From positions 1 to 44,716 of the IMG/VR virus record IMGVR_UViG_3300023223_000058: DNA of 44,716 nucleotides. One strand, given 5' to 3'. Shown piece after piece: positions 32,910-42,545 of this stretch; position 1 is the stretch's first letter; every line of letters starts with the position of its first letter. Below the pieces are notes generated by a model. It searched no databases. It had not been told where the DNA came from and saw only the letters and a list, made by a program, of their open reading frames with translations. The DNA comes from a virus (Duplodnaviria; Caudoviricetes). The translations under genes and the position numbers were made by a program.

Positions 32910-35900
32910 ATGGCAACATTTGATTTCCTATATTCGCAACAACGCTCCCGAGGTCGGATAGCGGCACAATCGGCAGTCGGCATAGCCAACACAGGTATTG
33001 ATGTTGTCAACCTCTTCAGAGAACAAGACGAACAATTCAAACCCATTGACCTAGATGAGGATGTGTTCAACACTCAGATCTCTGCTGTCTCTCGGAGCAT
33101 CAGTCTCCTGTCGACACCTGAGATGGGAGCCAAAGCCCAAGCGGCTCTTAAGGAGTTCACAAGAGCTCCTGAGACCGCCGTGGGTGAGTTCACTGAGGAT
33201 GCCTCTGTGTTCCTCCTAGGGTTCCTAGGGGGCCGAAAGCTCCTGACGGCTGGGGTTTCCTCAGTCGCCAAAGGGGCCACCACAGCTCGAGCGGGTAAAG
33301 CCGCCATCGATCTGTCGGCAGGCGCAGGGTCAGCCTTTGTCCTTGAGGATCCTGCTGATACTCGGATCGCCAACTTCATACCTGAGAAGCACCGAGGGGC
33401 CTTCCTGAATTACCTAGCCTATGATCCTGATGGTGACGAGACTAGACTCGAAGGTCGCTTCAAGAACGCTTTGACAGACATGGGTCTAGGTGTGGTATCT
33501 GATACAGCCCTTACGGCTATCATGAAGTCCTTTAAACACCTACGCCGTGGGGTTCATCTGGAGGCCGCAGGGGACCCTGAGGTTGCCGCTCGTAAGATCG
33601 CAGAGGCCACAGGTCTGACTGCGAGCCCAGAGGTGCCTAAGGGTGCCCCAGAGATTGACCTAAGCACCTCAGGGTTCGAGGGGGCACCTAAGGCTCCTGT
33701 GGCTCCCAGTGGAGCCGCTAGTCCTGCTGAGGTTGTTGAGGAGATCCTCAGGATCGGAGCTAAGGATAAAGCGGACGCTGGAGACACCATGTTTCGAGCG
33801 ATGAACCATACGCACTTTGATTATGCGGACCCTAAGGGGACCATGCACACCGCAGATCAAGTGTTAAAGGTGGTCTCTAAGGAGCTGGATAACCAAAGCA
33901 TCCAGACTTGGGATGATGTCCTTAAGCTCTCAGATGGTGTAGCCAAGAAGAAGAACCTAGATTCCATAGGTGCTATCGCCAAGCTGACAGGTGAGACTGT
34001 TGAGAACCTCCGTAAGGCCACTCCGGTCACCCATCTGATTCGCAGGATGTACACAGAGTCAGGGACAGAGCTTCAGAAGCTGAAGTCCTCCTATCTCCAG
34101 TCGAGCCCTGCGAAACAGGATGAGATCGTGGAGGAGCTTGGGGAACGAATGCAGACCCACATGCTCCTCACAGGGTCCATCAGTGAGCTAGGGACTGGCG
34201 CAGGTCGACTCCTTAGATCCTTTGGTATGAACGCTCAGGGTGACCTAGGTATGTTCAAGACACCTATTAAGGATCTGATTGATGCCAAGAAGCCAACACC
34301 TAAGAAGACCGTGGGATCCGCTAAGGACTCCCTTCAGTCTCGAGTGGAGGCCGCTCTAGCTGATAGTGACCCAAACGCTGTAGCCAACGCTGTCCAAGTG
34401 GCAACCAAGGATGAGCTCCATAGCCTCATGAAGGCCCTCAAGGATGTTGATATGACTGACGCTAAGTCATGGATCAAGCGGCAGAACCGAGAGACCGGTA
34501 AGGGCCTCAAGGCTCTACAGGTCCTCCGTAAGATCAAGATGATGAACATCCTCTCAGGCCTACCAACGCTCGTTATGAACAACACAGGTAACGCTTTGAG
34601 CCTAGGGTTCCGAAAGGGATTCGAGGACATCATAGCCGCCATGGTACCCTCGAGGTCTCCAGACCGCATGAGGCTCTTTGGTGAGCTTAAGAGTATGCAT
34701 GTGGCCGCACAGCAACCTGTCGAGCTCCTTGGTTCCATATTCAAAGGGACCGCTCAGGCCGCTCGAAGAGGTGAACCTCTGAGTGAGGTGTTTGCTAAGT
34801 TGGCTGTCGATGATGTCTCGAGGCTTCGAGAGGAGCATTTGGCTGTCGACACGCTGATCAACTCCAACTCCACAGGGGCTCGCATCATCAACTCTCTGGG
34901 TAAGTTTGCCCACGCGATGTCCTTTGGGCATATGGAGTTGAGTGATATGTTCTTCAAGCAGGCCGCTTTCGCCTCAGAGACCAAAGCACTCGCGAACTCC
35001 AAAGGTCTCTCACGAGGCCTCAAGGGTCGGGATCTATTGGATTATGAGACCACCATGGTTGAGCAATCGATCTTCCTAGCTCGTAAGGGCAAAGAGGGCG
35101 CTCGGCATATGTTGGAGACCATGCAGGCCAATGGGAAATCCCTCGAGGACTCTGTTCGTCACATGAATGAGGTGGCCGATATGGTCAACGAGAGCCGTAG
35201 GTTTGCTAAGGAGGGTGTCTTTCAAGACGAGATCTCCTCACAGACCCTAAAGGCTTTCGAGTCAGCGTTGAACAAGCAAAACGCTGGTATGCATATGCTT
35301 AAGACTTTGGTCTTTCCGTTCTACAGGACCCCAGTGAAGATCGTAGAGTTCGCCGCCGAGCGGACCCCGATACTCCAAGCGTTCTCTCGTAAGTGGCGAG
35401 CGGATCTCTCAGGTGTCAACGGGGCACGCTCGCAACAACGGGCTGTCGCTAAGTTCATCACAGGAGCCACTATGTACGCTGGAGCCTTTCAGTTGGCCCA
35501 GAACAACCTGATTACAGGTAAACATAGACCTGAGGAACGAGCGGCTCTGTTGGCCGATGGGATCCCTGAGTACTCCATTCGAGCACCGAACACAGACAAG
35601 TGGATATCCTTTCAACGATTGGATCCTTTTGCCATGTTCCTTGGGGTCACAGCAGACCTTAATAAGCTGGTGGAGATTGGAGCCCTCGATGGGGGAACCG
35701 CCGCCGCCGCAGTCATGAACGCTGTGTCATCTAATGTGCTCAACAAGACCTTTATGAAGGGGCTTGCGGACTCATTGGAGGCCGCTAATAACCCTGCGCA
35801 GTTCGGCGCTTACTACACAGATTCCCAAGTCAGAGCCATCGTGTCTCCCCTTAGTTCTTTCCAACGCACCTTTGAAAAGGTCTGGAACAACAACTCTGAG

Positions 35901-36494
35901 GAGTATCGTAAGCAGAAACCTGAGCCAGCCTTTACGGAGCTTAGGGATTGGGTTGACATCCTCATAGGTGACACTGGTCTCACAGACACCCGTGAGTATG
36001 ACATGAGTGACGCTCTAGGCAACAAGATCGAACGAGGACCCCTGTGGTCTGAGTTGACAGGCCTAAGAGCCACTGAGACAGACGATAGCCCTGCTATGAG
36101 GGAGCTCGCTTTACACAAGCGGTTCCCCTCGAATCGGGAGCTCAGTCTGACCACAGGGTTCAAGATGAATCGTAAGGAGTTCCTAGACTTCAAAGAGATC
36201 CTCGGATCCGATGTGAAGCTCAAGAGCCGCCTCGATAAAATCGTGAGCACCTCAAAGTACAAGCGGTCGTCCCCTGACAAACAGGCTCTCCTTTTAGATA
36301 AGGTGATCCGAGATGCCAGAGGTGTCGCTAAGGCCACCCTGATTCGTAGGGACCCAGAGCTTAAATCTAAGGTGGTCGCTCATAAGCGCGAGCGTCTCCT
36401 TAGGTCCCTAAGAGCCTCTGAGCAAACCTCAGGAATCCCAAGCATCGATAAGATCTTGGAGACCCGTAAGCAGACATTTGAGCGAGACGAATAA
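32910..36494 (+). CDS. Internal virion protein D (gp16-like)
   Basis: 1194 aa; NILSG..T...N, FPFYRTP, ITG..., SFQRLDPF motifs; synteny. Confidence 0.78.
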   Translation: MATFDFLYSQQRSRGRIAAQSAVGIANTGIDVVNLFREQDEQFKPIDLDEDVFNTQISAVSRSISLLSTPEMGAKAQAALKEFTRAPETAVGEFTEDASVFLLGFLGGRKLLTAGVSSVAKGATTARAGKAAIDLSAGAGSAFVLEDPADTRIANFIPEKHRGAFLNYLAYDPDGDETRLEGRFKNALTDMGLGVVSDTALTAIMKSFKHLRRGVHLEAAGDPEVAARKIAEATGLTASPEVPKGAPEIDLSTSGFEGAPKAPVAPSGAASPAEVVEEILRIGAKDKADAGDTMFRAMNHTHFDYADPKGTMHTADQVLKVVSKELDNQSIQTWDDVLKLSDGVAKKKNLDSIGAIAKLTGETVENLRKATPVTHLIRRMYTESGTELQKLKSSYLQSSPAKQDEIVEELGERMQTHMLLTGSISELGTGAGRLLRSFGMNAQGDLGMFKTPIKDLIDAKKPTPKKTVGSAKDSLQSRVEAALADSDPNAVANAVQVATKDELHSLMKALKDVDMTDAKSWIKRQNRETGKGLKALQVLRKIKMMNILSGLPTLVMNNTGNALSLGFRKGFEDIIAAMVPSRSPDRMRLFGELKSMHVAAQQPVELLGSIFKGTAQAARRGEPLSEVFAKLAVDDVSRLREEHLAVDTLINSNSTGARIINSLGKFAHAMSFGHMELSDMFFKQAAFASETKALANSKGLSRGLKGRDLLDYETTMVEQSIFLARKGKEGARHMLETMQANGKSLEDSVRHMNEVADMVNESRRFAKEGVFQDEISSQTLKAFESALNKQNAGMHMLKTLVFPFYRTPVKIVEFAAERTPILQAFSRKWRADLSGVNGARSQQRAVAKFITGATMYAGAFQLAQNNLITGKHRPEERAALLADGIPEYSIRAPNTDKWISFQRLDPFAMFLGVTADLNKLVEIGALDGGTAAAAVMNAVSSNVLNKTFMKGLADSLEAANNPAQFGAYYTDSQVRAIVSPLSSFQRTFEKVWNNNSEEYRKQKPEPAFTELRDWVDILIGDTGLTDTREYDMSDALGNKIERGPLWSELTGLRATETDDSPAMRELALHKRFPSNRELSLTTGFKMNRKEFLDFKEILGSDVKLKSRLDKIVSTSKYKRSSPDKQALLLDKVIRDARGVAKATLIRRDPELKSKVVAHKRERLLRSLRASEQTSGIPSIDKILETRKQTFERDE

Positions 36495-36497
36495 CCC

Positions 36498-36728
36498 ATG
36501 AGCGATGTAGTAAAGAAGTACGCTAAGGCCTATGGCATCGATGTCATAGCTCTAGCGGTCCTCATAGTGTCCTGTGTCACAGTTGTGGCGCAGGACCTAA
36601 AGGAGACCAAAGCCAACACAGCCTCCATCATTGAGATGAAAGAGGACCGAACGAAAATCACGAACCTACTACTGACCCTCAAGGTCAACCAAGAGTGGAT
36701 CATCAACGACTTAAAAGGAAAGAAATAA
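36498..36728 (+). CDS. Single-TM protein, holin candidate
   Basis: One hydrophobic helix followed by a short coiled coil. Confidence 0.45.
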   Translation: MSDVVKKYAKAYGIDVIALAVLIVSCVTVVAQDLKETKANTASIIEMKEDRTKITNLLLTLKVNQEWIINDLKGKK

Positions 36729-36729
36729 C

Positions 36730-37371
36730 ATGGCAAAAACACAAGCAACAGGCGTATCCATCTCTGGTAACGCTCTATACAAATGGACCGTCAGCCCCGC
36801 AGATGCCGATGAGTTCTACCTCGAGTTGATCGGTGGTGGTGACCCAAGCATCGCAGAGCCCACGGACATCTTTGCTGAGTCCGCTCTGTTGACCGCAGGG
36901 GCCGTTGGGTCTCTTACGGTTGGCACATGGGACTATGGTGACAACGATACCCTAGGGTTCTCAGTGATCTATGTACGACTAGCGTCTGACTTGGACCCTC
37001 AGGACTCTGGATATGGTGTCATCGTAGCATCCTCCACCTCAGCGACACCCTATGGTGACCCTGTGTTCCGAGCGACTGCCACCTCTGGAGCCCTCAGTGA
37101 GACTGTGACGGTCGAACGAGATGTGATCATCAGAGGGATCAAGTTGCACCTAGGAGCCGAGGGTGCCACCACGGAGAACCTCGTGGTCCAAATCAACTCA
37201 GACAACGGGTCGACACATGACACCCTCTTGATCTCTCAGGACATGAATGGGGTCACCGACTTCTTCAGTAACACTGAGATCAAGTTGGCGGCTGGTGATG
37301 ACCTGTTGATCACCTATACGAACACCGATGACTCCTCATGGGGACTTACGGTGGTCTGGGACGCGGCTTAA
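36730..37371 (+). CDS. Virion structural/tail accessory protein
   Basis: N-terminal half matches the domain inserted in gp12; beta-rich C-terminal half. Confidence 0.7.
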   Translation: MAKTQATGVSISGNALYKWTVSPADADEFYLELIGGGDPSIAEPTDIFAESALLTAGAVGSLTVGTWDYGDNDTLGFSVIYVRLASDLDPQDSGYGVIVASSTSATPYGDPVFRATATSGALSETVTVERDVIIRGIKLHLGAEGATTENLVVQINSDNGSTHDTLLISQDMNGVTDFFSNTEIKLAAGDDLLITYTNTDDSSWGLTVVWDAA

Positions 37372-37372
37372 G

Positions 37373-37885
37373 ATGGCTGACTTCCTAGATGGTGTGGAAC
37401 AGGGGGGCAGTGGGGGCTCTGGGGGTGCTGGTGTATTCCTAAGCTCCGATTCGGTAACCGATGCGACACTGGTTACTGTTCTTAAAAATATACCAAGTGA
37501 TGACAGTATACCACAACGAACAGAGATGGGGGACATCATATCACTAGCTTTCACCCCTGTATCGGCAACCAGCACACTTTACATAAGCGTGCTCTTTGGT
37601 TCTATATCTCCAGCCTCTCCAGCAACCGCTGTCTGTTCTGTGTTTAAGGATGGTACAGCGGATGCTATTGGTTCTGCTGATAAGACTATAGGGAGTGGTG
37701 GTTGGAGTGAAACCCTACCTCTGATCGTCAAAGTACCCTCATCCACCACAGATGCCCGAACCTATGTTGTAGGCCTCGGAATCCTAGGAGCAAGCGTCAC
37801 GCTGACAGTTAACGGTGTGACTGGGGCACGAAAGCTGGGTGGAACATTCGTCACGACCATGAGTATAACAGAGAGGGAAGAGTAA
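37373..37885 (+). CDS. Short tail fibre/spike-like protein
   Basis: MADFLDGVEQG plus Gly linker, then a beta-rich domain (IP.DDSIPQ..E...FTP.SATS.L). Confidence 0.7.
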   Translation: MADFLDGVEQGGSGGSGGAGVFLSSDSVTDATLVTVLKNIPSDDSIPQRTEMGDIISLAFTPVSATSTLYISVLFGSISPASPATAVCSVFKDGTADAIGSADKTIGSGGWSETLPLIVKVPSSTTDARTYVVGLGILGASVTLTVNGVTGARKLGGTFVTTMSITEREE

Positions 37886-38187
37886 TGGGATATGTAATTA
37901 GAGAGGGAGTGCCCGCACAATGGGATGATGCCAAAGACCCCCTAGCTCTCACAGAGACCGAGCGGGCCGCAGTGTTAACTTTCGTAGCTCAAGAGGAAAC
38001 CGCTCGAGCCTCCAAAGAGACCGCCCGTAAACAACGGCAACCCAAGCAGAAAGACATCAACAAAGCTCGATCTGATGCGACCAAAGCCACCTCAGTTCCC
38101 CAACTGAAAGCGGTTGTCCTCAGCCTGATAGATGTATTCGAGGACACCTTGGTGTACCAACGAGTCGAAGTAAATAAGGAGCCTTAA
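37885..38187 (+). CDS. Possible tail fibre chaperone/accessory protein
   Basis: Small protein coupled directly to a fibre-like gene. Confidence 0.5.
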   Translation: MGYVIREGVPAQWDDAKDPLALTETERAAVLTFVAQEETARASKETARKQRQPKQKDINKARSDATKATSVPQLKAVVLSLIDVFEDTLVYQRVEVNKEP

Positions 38188-38188
38188 T

Positions 38189-39916
38189 ATGGCAGATTTT
38201 TTAGATGGTGTCGAACAGGGCACCGGTGGCGGCGGGGGAGCACCTAGTGGCCCCTTGACCCCCTTGGAGTTAGCCGCCCAACTCTCAACAGGTATCATCG
38301 CTGGTGGTCTCTTGACTGCCAATGTTGACACAACTAAGTTGGATATCTCTGATGGCTCAGGGTCTATCATAGATACCTTTACGGACCCTGAGAACCCTAC
38401 TTACACATCGGTATCGTGGACAGGTTTGACAGCCATAACCCCGACCTTTGCCGCCAGTAATTCAACCTTCATAGGGTTGATATCGAATGGCTCAGGTGGT
38501 GCTACGGTTGTTCAACAGACCACTGATTTCACAAACACACAGAGGCGTGATACGATAGTACTAGGGTCCGTTGGGACACCTGATGGTTCTAATATTGAGA
38601 TAGTAGCTGACATGACCCATAGTGTCTCCTCTAGCTACCTATCGGGTGACCTATCGAGAGCCTTAGGGCGTCTAACGCTTGACGGGCATGTCTTTGGTGA
38701 CTCAGGGACTAACCTGACTCTGGCGAAATCCTCTGGGACCACCTTTGAGGAGAACATCTCGAGGTCGACAACACCTAAGGATCCACATATTAAGACCTCA
38801 GGTTCGACCGACCCAGCGACTTGGTTATATGTCCACTCAGATGGAGCTGGTGGTTTCACTATATCAGATGCCGCCGCCACCTCCATTGATCCAGATAACC
38901 GAGATGATTTAAGCGGCACCCTTCAATCCGTAAGCGGGTTCACTAATCAGATCCTAATGTTCTTCCCTGACTCTGAGGCTATACTTGTTCAGTATGGGGA
39001 ACAGGAATATGGTTCTTTAGAAGATGCCGTAGCTGATGCCCTAGTTATGGATATCACGCAACTGGACCCCTCATTTTCTAATGATGTCGTCCGATCAATA
39101 CTCTCCATCAAAGAGGGTGTGACAGATATTGCGTCTGCTATAAGTGGTGGTGAAGCGGCCTTTAGTCAGACTAGTATGTTTGGACACGGCGGTATCGGTG
39201 GTGGTGGTGGGGGTACCTTTCAGACTCTTCAGGAGATCTGGAACAACTCCTCAGACCCAGAGATCACTACAGATGTCCCCCGAGGTGCCTTCAGTCTCAA
39301 ACGAGGGACCGCATCTGATGGTGATGATGTCTTTGAGGTCCTTAATGGCGCTGGTACTCAGGTGTTCGCTATTAAAGGTGATGGCTCTTTGGTTGTTGAT
39401 CAGTATAAAGAGCTCTTCATCCCAGCGGCGGCTAAGACCCCAGACCCTACAGTACCACCGGCCGCAGGTAGCGAGGGTACAACAGCCCTAGCCGCTCAAG
39501 ATTATTACGGCTATGATGATACCACGGATGAGCATGCTTTCTTCGTGACAGCCCTTCCGACTGAATGGGACCTTGGTGCGATCAGCGTCCGGTACTACTG
39601 GACCGCAGGTGTCAACACTGGGGATGTTTCATGGTCTGTCCTAGCGACAGCCATATCAAATGATGAAGATTGGAACCAAACAAATGGGGCGCCCTCACCT
39701 ACTACAGCTCCCGCGCCTGCTACGGTAGATTACCTCACGAATGATAGTGTCGCCTCTGGGGTTGTCGTAATGAACACGCCGAGTGTGAATGACCTCATAC
39801 GATTCAGGGTCTCAAGGGACGCAAACAATGTGGCTGATACAATGGTAGGTGATGCTCGTTTGATCGGCATTGGTGTCCAATACCTCGTAGCCTCAACTAA
39901 CCCAACAGGATGGTAA
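38189..39916 (+). CDS. Tail fibre/spike-like protein
   Basis: MADFLDGVEQG plus Gly linker; Ser/Thr/Gly-rich multi-domain; C-terminal LP.EWD.G...R.SRD...DT..GDARL domain. Confidence 0.75.
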   Translation: MADFLDGVEQGTGGGGGAPSGPLTPLELAAQLSTGIIAGGLLTANVDTTKLDISDGSGSIIDTFTDPENPTYTSVSWTGLTAITPTFAASNSTFIGLISNGSGGATVVQQTTDFTNTQRRDTIVLGSVGTPDGSNIEIVADMTHSVSSSYLSGDLSRALGRLTLDGHVFGDSGTNLTLAKSSGTTFEENISRSTTPKDPHIKTSGSTDPATWLYVHSDGAGGFTISDAAATSIDPDNRDDLSGTLQSVSGFTNQILMFFPDSEAILVQYGEQEYGSLEDAVADALVMDITQLDPSFSNDVVRSILSIKEGVTDIASAISGGEAAFSQTSMFGHGGIGGGGGGTFQTLQEIWNNSSDPEITTDVPRGAFSLKRGTASDGDDVFEVLNGAGTQVFAIKGDGSLVVDQYKELFIPAAAKTPDPTVPPAAGSEGTTALAAQDYYGYDDTTDEHAFFVTALPTEWDLGAISVRYYWTAGVNTGDVSWSVLATAISNDEDWNQTNGAPSPTTAPAPATVDYLTNDSVASGVVVMNTPSVNDLIRFRVSRDANNVADTMVGDARLIGIGVQYLVASTNPTGW

Positions 39917-39920
39917 TCTA

Positions 39921-40283
39921 ATGGCAGACATATATGATAAAGCCTCAGGTAACATCCTGAGGTCCCAAGATACCCTCAGGTACCTCAACGCCGATGGGTC
40001 AACCAAGGATGGCTTCATAGTCAACCCTGACCTATCGGCTATCGAAGGGGTCCCTAAGAAACATTGGAAGCTCTCAGGAGCAAAGCTGGTCCCCATGACC
40101 AAAGCCCAAAAGGACTCTGTTGATTCAGCAGAGGACACAGAGAATACAGCTCGCAACGGTCGAGCTCTCAAGGAACGCAGGATCGCCAAAGGTATGCGCC
40201 TAGCGGCTATCGAGGCTTTGTTCGCTAACGGTGATATCCCTCAGGCCAAGAGGGACGCTTGGGTGGCTAAGGAGAACGAGTAA
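39921..40283 (+). CDS. Possible tail fibre chaperone/accessory protein
   Basis: NPDLS...VP..HWK.....V.MT..QK pattern; follows a fibre gene. Confidence 0.55.
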   Translation: MADIYDKASGNILRSQDTLRYLNADGSTKDGFIVNPDLSAIEGVPKKHWKLSGAKLVPMTKAQKDSVDSAEDTENTARNGRALKERRIAKGMRLAAIEALFANGDIPQAKRDAWVAKENE

Positions 40284-40981
40284 TGTTCGCTGGACACCAC
40301 AGGCGAGTTAAGTTCAGCCTGCGGGTAGGCCTTGATCTCCATTATGATTTCCATGAAGGCACTGGGACAACTGTAGGCGATGTAAGCACCAACAGCAATG
40401 ATGGGACGACCTCAGGGGGTGCGACATGGGTGACAGGTCGGGTTGGAGCATCAGCTATAAGCCTTGACGGAGTAGATGACATGGTAGCCATACCAGCCAC
40501 CGGAACCGAGATGACAAAAGGGAATCTCGGGAAAACCAGTACCGAGAATTACTCTCTTTCTATCTGGTACAAAGGCACGGAAGCCGGTACAGATCCTACA
40601 AATGGTAGTGCCTTGATTGGATGGGATAGTGTCAACTTTTGGGGACACTTAACTAACGCAGGTGGCAAGGCGGAATTTCTACACTATGATGGCGCTTGGC
40701 AACACAACCTAAAGTCAACCACAAGTATAAATGACGACAATTGGCATCTAGTCACCCTTGCGAATGACAACGGTGAGACTGCAAAATTATATGTCGATGG
40801 GGTAGAAGAGGCTTCGGGTTCAAGCGAACTGACTACGGGTGCAGTTGCACGGTATTTCCAACCCTATGGGGTCGGTGTGGGTTACCTAAATACCTACACA
40901 ATAGGTAGTTTTGACGATGTTCGTCTCTATTCAAAAACCCTTACCTCACCAGAAGCATACGAACTCTCAATCAGAGAATAA
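40283..40981 (+). CDS. LamG/concanavalin A-like lectin domain protein
   Basis: Y.F.EG.GT...D.S...NDGT, LDGVDD, S.W.K, WHLV, LYVDG, G.FDDVRLY...LT. Confidence 0.9.
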   Translation: MFAGHHRRVKFSLRVGLDLHYDFHEGTGTTVGDVSTNSNDGTTSGGATWVTGRVGASAISLDGVDDMVAIPATGTEMTKGNLGKTSTENYSLSIWYKGTEAGTDPTNGSALIGWDSVNFWGHLTNAGGKAEFLHYDGAWQHNLKSTTSINDDNWHLVTLANDNGETAKLYVDGVEEASGSSELTTGAVARYFQPYGVGVGYLNTYTIGSFDDVRLYSKTLTSPEAYELSIRE

Positions 40982-40995
40982 CCCAAGGTGACCAC

Positions 40996-41466
40996 ATGTT
41001 AACAATCGGGCTCTACAAGTCCAAAACTACTATATCCAAGCTAATCCAATGGCAGACCCGTGGGGAATACTCTCATGCGGCGATCCATTTGGACGATGGG
41101 TTTGCCATCGAGGCTTGGCACAAAGGTGGTGTCCAACATCACCCCATAGGTTCCCTCCATCCCAGAGGCACCAAGGTAGCCATATTCACCATCGAGTCCT
41201 TCTATTTCCCCGATCTGACCCAAGCGTATGCTATGGATCAGGTTGGTAAGAAGTACGACTTCACGATGGTCGCAAGGTTCATGTCGAGGCGAGGGGAAAC
41301 CCGTAGGTCAAAGGATAAACTCTTTTGCTCTGAGCTCGTCTTTGATGCCTTGGTGTACGGTGGTCTCCCTCTGTTCGAGAACACCCTCGGCTGGGAGGTC
41401 TCACCTGACCTGATCAAGAGGTCACCACATATCAAGTATCAACGAACGATAACCATAGGAGAGTAG
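40996..41466 (+). CDS. Permuted papain-like amidase (YiiX/YaeF, peptidase C92 family)
   Basis: YSHAAI...IEA...GV, GKKYD, FCSELV, SP..I; His precedes Cys. Confidence 0.87.
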   Translation: MLTIGLYKSKTTISKLIQWQTRGEYSHAAIHLDDGFAIEAWHKGGVQHHPIGSLHPRGTKVAIFTIESFYFPDLTQAYAMDQVGKKYDFTMVARFMSRRGETRRSKDKLFCSELVFDALVYGGLPLFENTLGWEVSPDLIKRSPHIKYQRTITIGE

Positions 41467-41467
41467 G

Positions 41468-41692
41468 ATGAAACGCTTATTTATTCTGGGGGCCTTTTGC
41501 CTCCTTTGTATCACAGGGTGTCGACAGATATCCAACACGGTCAACAACGCTATCACCCTTCAGTCAGCCGCAGGTTCGGTGTATCTATCGAACATCGATC
41601 TGGGCTCAGGGGATAATGATGTCGAAGGTATGCAGGGTAAGGAAGTAGGGGATATCTCTCCTAAGACCTCCTTAGCCCCCTCAGGGCTCTAA
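41468..41692 (+). CDS. Small lipoprotein
   Basis: Signal peptide MKRLFILGAFCLLCITG-C with lipobox. Confidence 0.7.
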   Translation: MKRLFILGAFCLLCITGCRQISNTVNNAITLQSAAGSVYLSNIDLGSGDNDVEGMQGKEVGDISPKTSLAPSGL

Positions 41693-41733
41693 AGGCCCCA
41701 ACCCGACCCCATACCCACATTTAATACTAACGC

Positions 41734-41765
41734 CCCTCACAGGTACCTTAGATGACCTGTGAGGG
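41734..41765 (+). promoter_or_regulatory. Hairpin (RNase III-site-like) before terS
   Basis: CCCTCACAGGT/ACCTGTGAGGG; 5' arm shared with the 11767 hairpin. Confidence 0.5.
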
Positions 41766-41784
41766 CACACAGGGAGATAAACAG

Positions 41785-42051
41785 ATGAGCGAACAGCGAG
41801 TCAGAGCTAAAGATAGTGACCTCGGAGAGATCCAGAAGAACTATATAGCACACCTTAAGAATTTATTGGGTGGTGCAGAAGACACCCTATCAGCATCAGC
41901 TCACGCAGGCATACGCGGGATCTTGAAGGATAATAATATTACAGTGGACCCAGACCTGACGAAGGCCGCAGATCACCAGAAGACCCTCACTTTGACCTTA
42001 GTTAACCAAGAGGTTACTGAGGGTGATGTCAGTGGAGCCCAAGGATACTAA
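41785..42051 (+). CDS. Terminase small subunit (gp18-like)
   Basis: GGGAG RBS; IRGILKDNNIT motif; position before terL. Confidence 0.75.
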   Translation: MSEQRVRAKDSDLGEIQKNYIAHLKNLLGGAEDTLSASAHAGIRGILKDNNITVDPDLTKAADHQKTLTLTLVNQEVTEGDVSGAQGY

Positions 42052-42545
42052 TGGCTAAGAAGAAGAAAGGAGACATGACTCTTAGGGAGTACTACGGTGT
42101 AGATAAGTTATGCTCGCTATGCCAAAGAACCCTCCTGTTGGATGAGTTCTCCATACAGAAACAGCGGGGGGTTGAGATACTCCGACCCGATTGTAAGTCC
42201 TGCGCCACTGAGGGCAAGCGAATCAAGAGATCCGAGAATCAACTAAAAGGTGTCTGTAAAGGCGCTAGGTTCCGAGCCATGACTAAAGGTGTTCCCTTCT
42301 CGCTGACCCCTGATTGGATAAGTAAGAACCAAGAGGTGAATCTATGTGAGCTCACAGGGTTACCCTTTGTATACGGAGAACTCCACAGCCCATACGCTAG
42401 ATCTCTAGACCGGATTATACCCGAAGATGGTTATACACCTGAGAATACCCGATTAGTTCTGTGGGCCTTGAACGCGGGTCTTAATAATTGGGGGGAGGGT
42501 GTCTACCGAGAGGTAGCTGAAGCCTACCTAGTGAGGAACCCATGA
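42051..42545 (+). CDS. HNH-like (beta-beta-alpha-Me) endonuclease
   Basis: CxxC...CKxC Zn finger; C..TG.PF; SLDRI.P..GY...N.RLV...N. Confidence 0.8.
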   Translation: MAKKKKGDMTLREYYGVDKLCSLCQRTLLLDEFSIQKQRGVEILRPDCKSCATEGKRIKRSENQLKGVCKGARFRAMTKGVPFSLTPDWISKNQEVNLCELTGLPFVYGELHSPYARSLDRIIPEDGYTPENTRLVLWALNAGLNNWGEGVYREVAEAYLVRNP

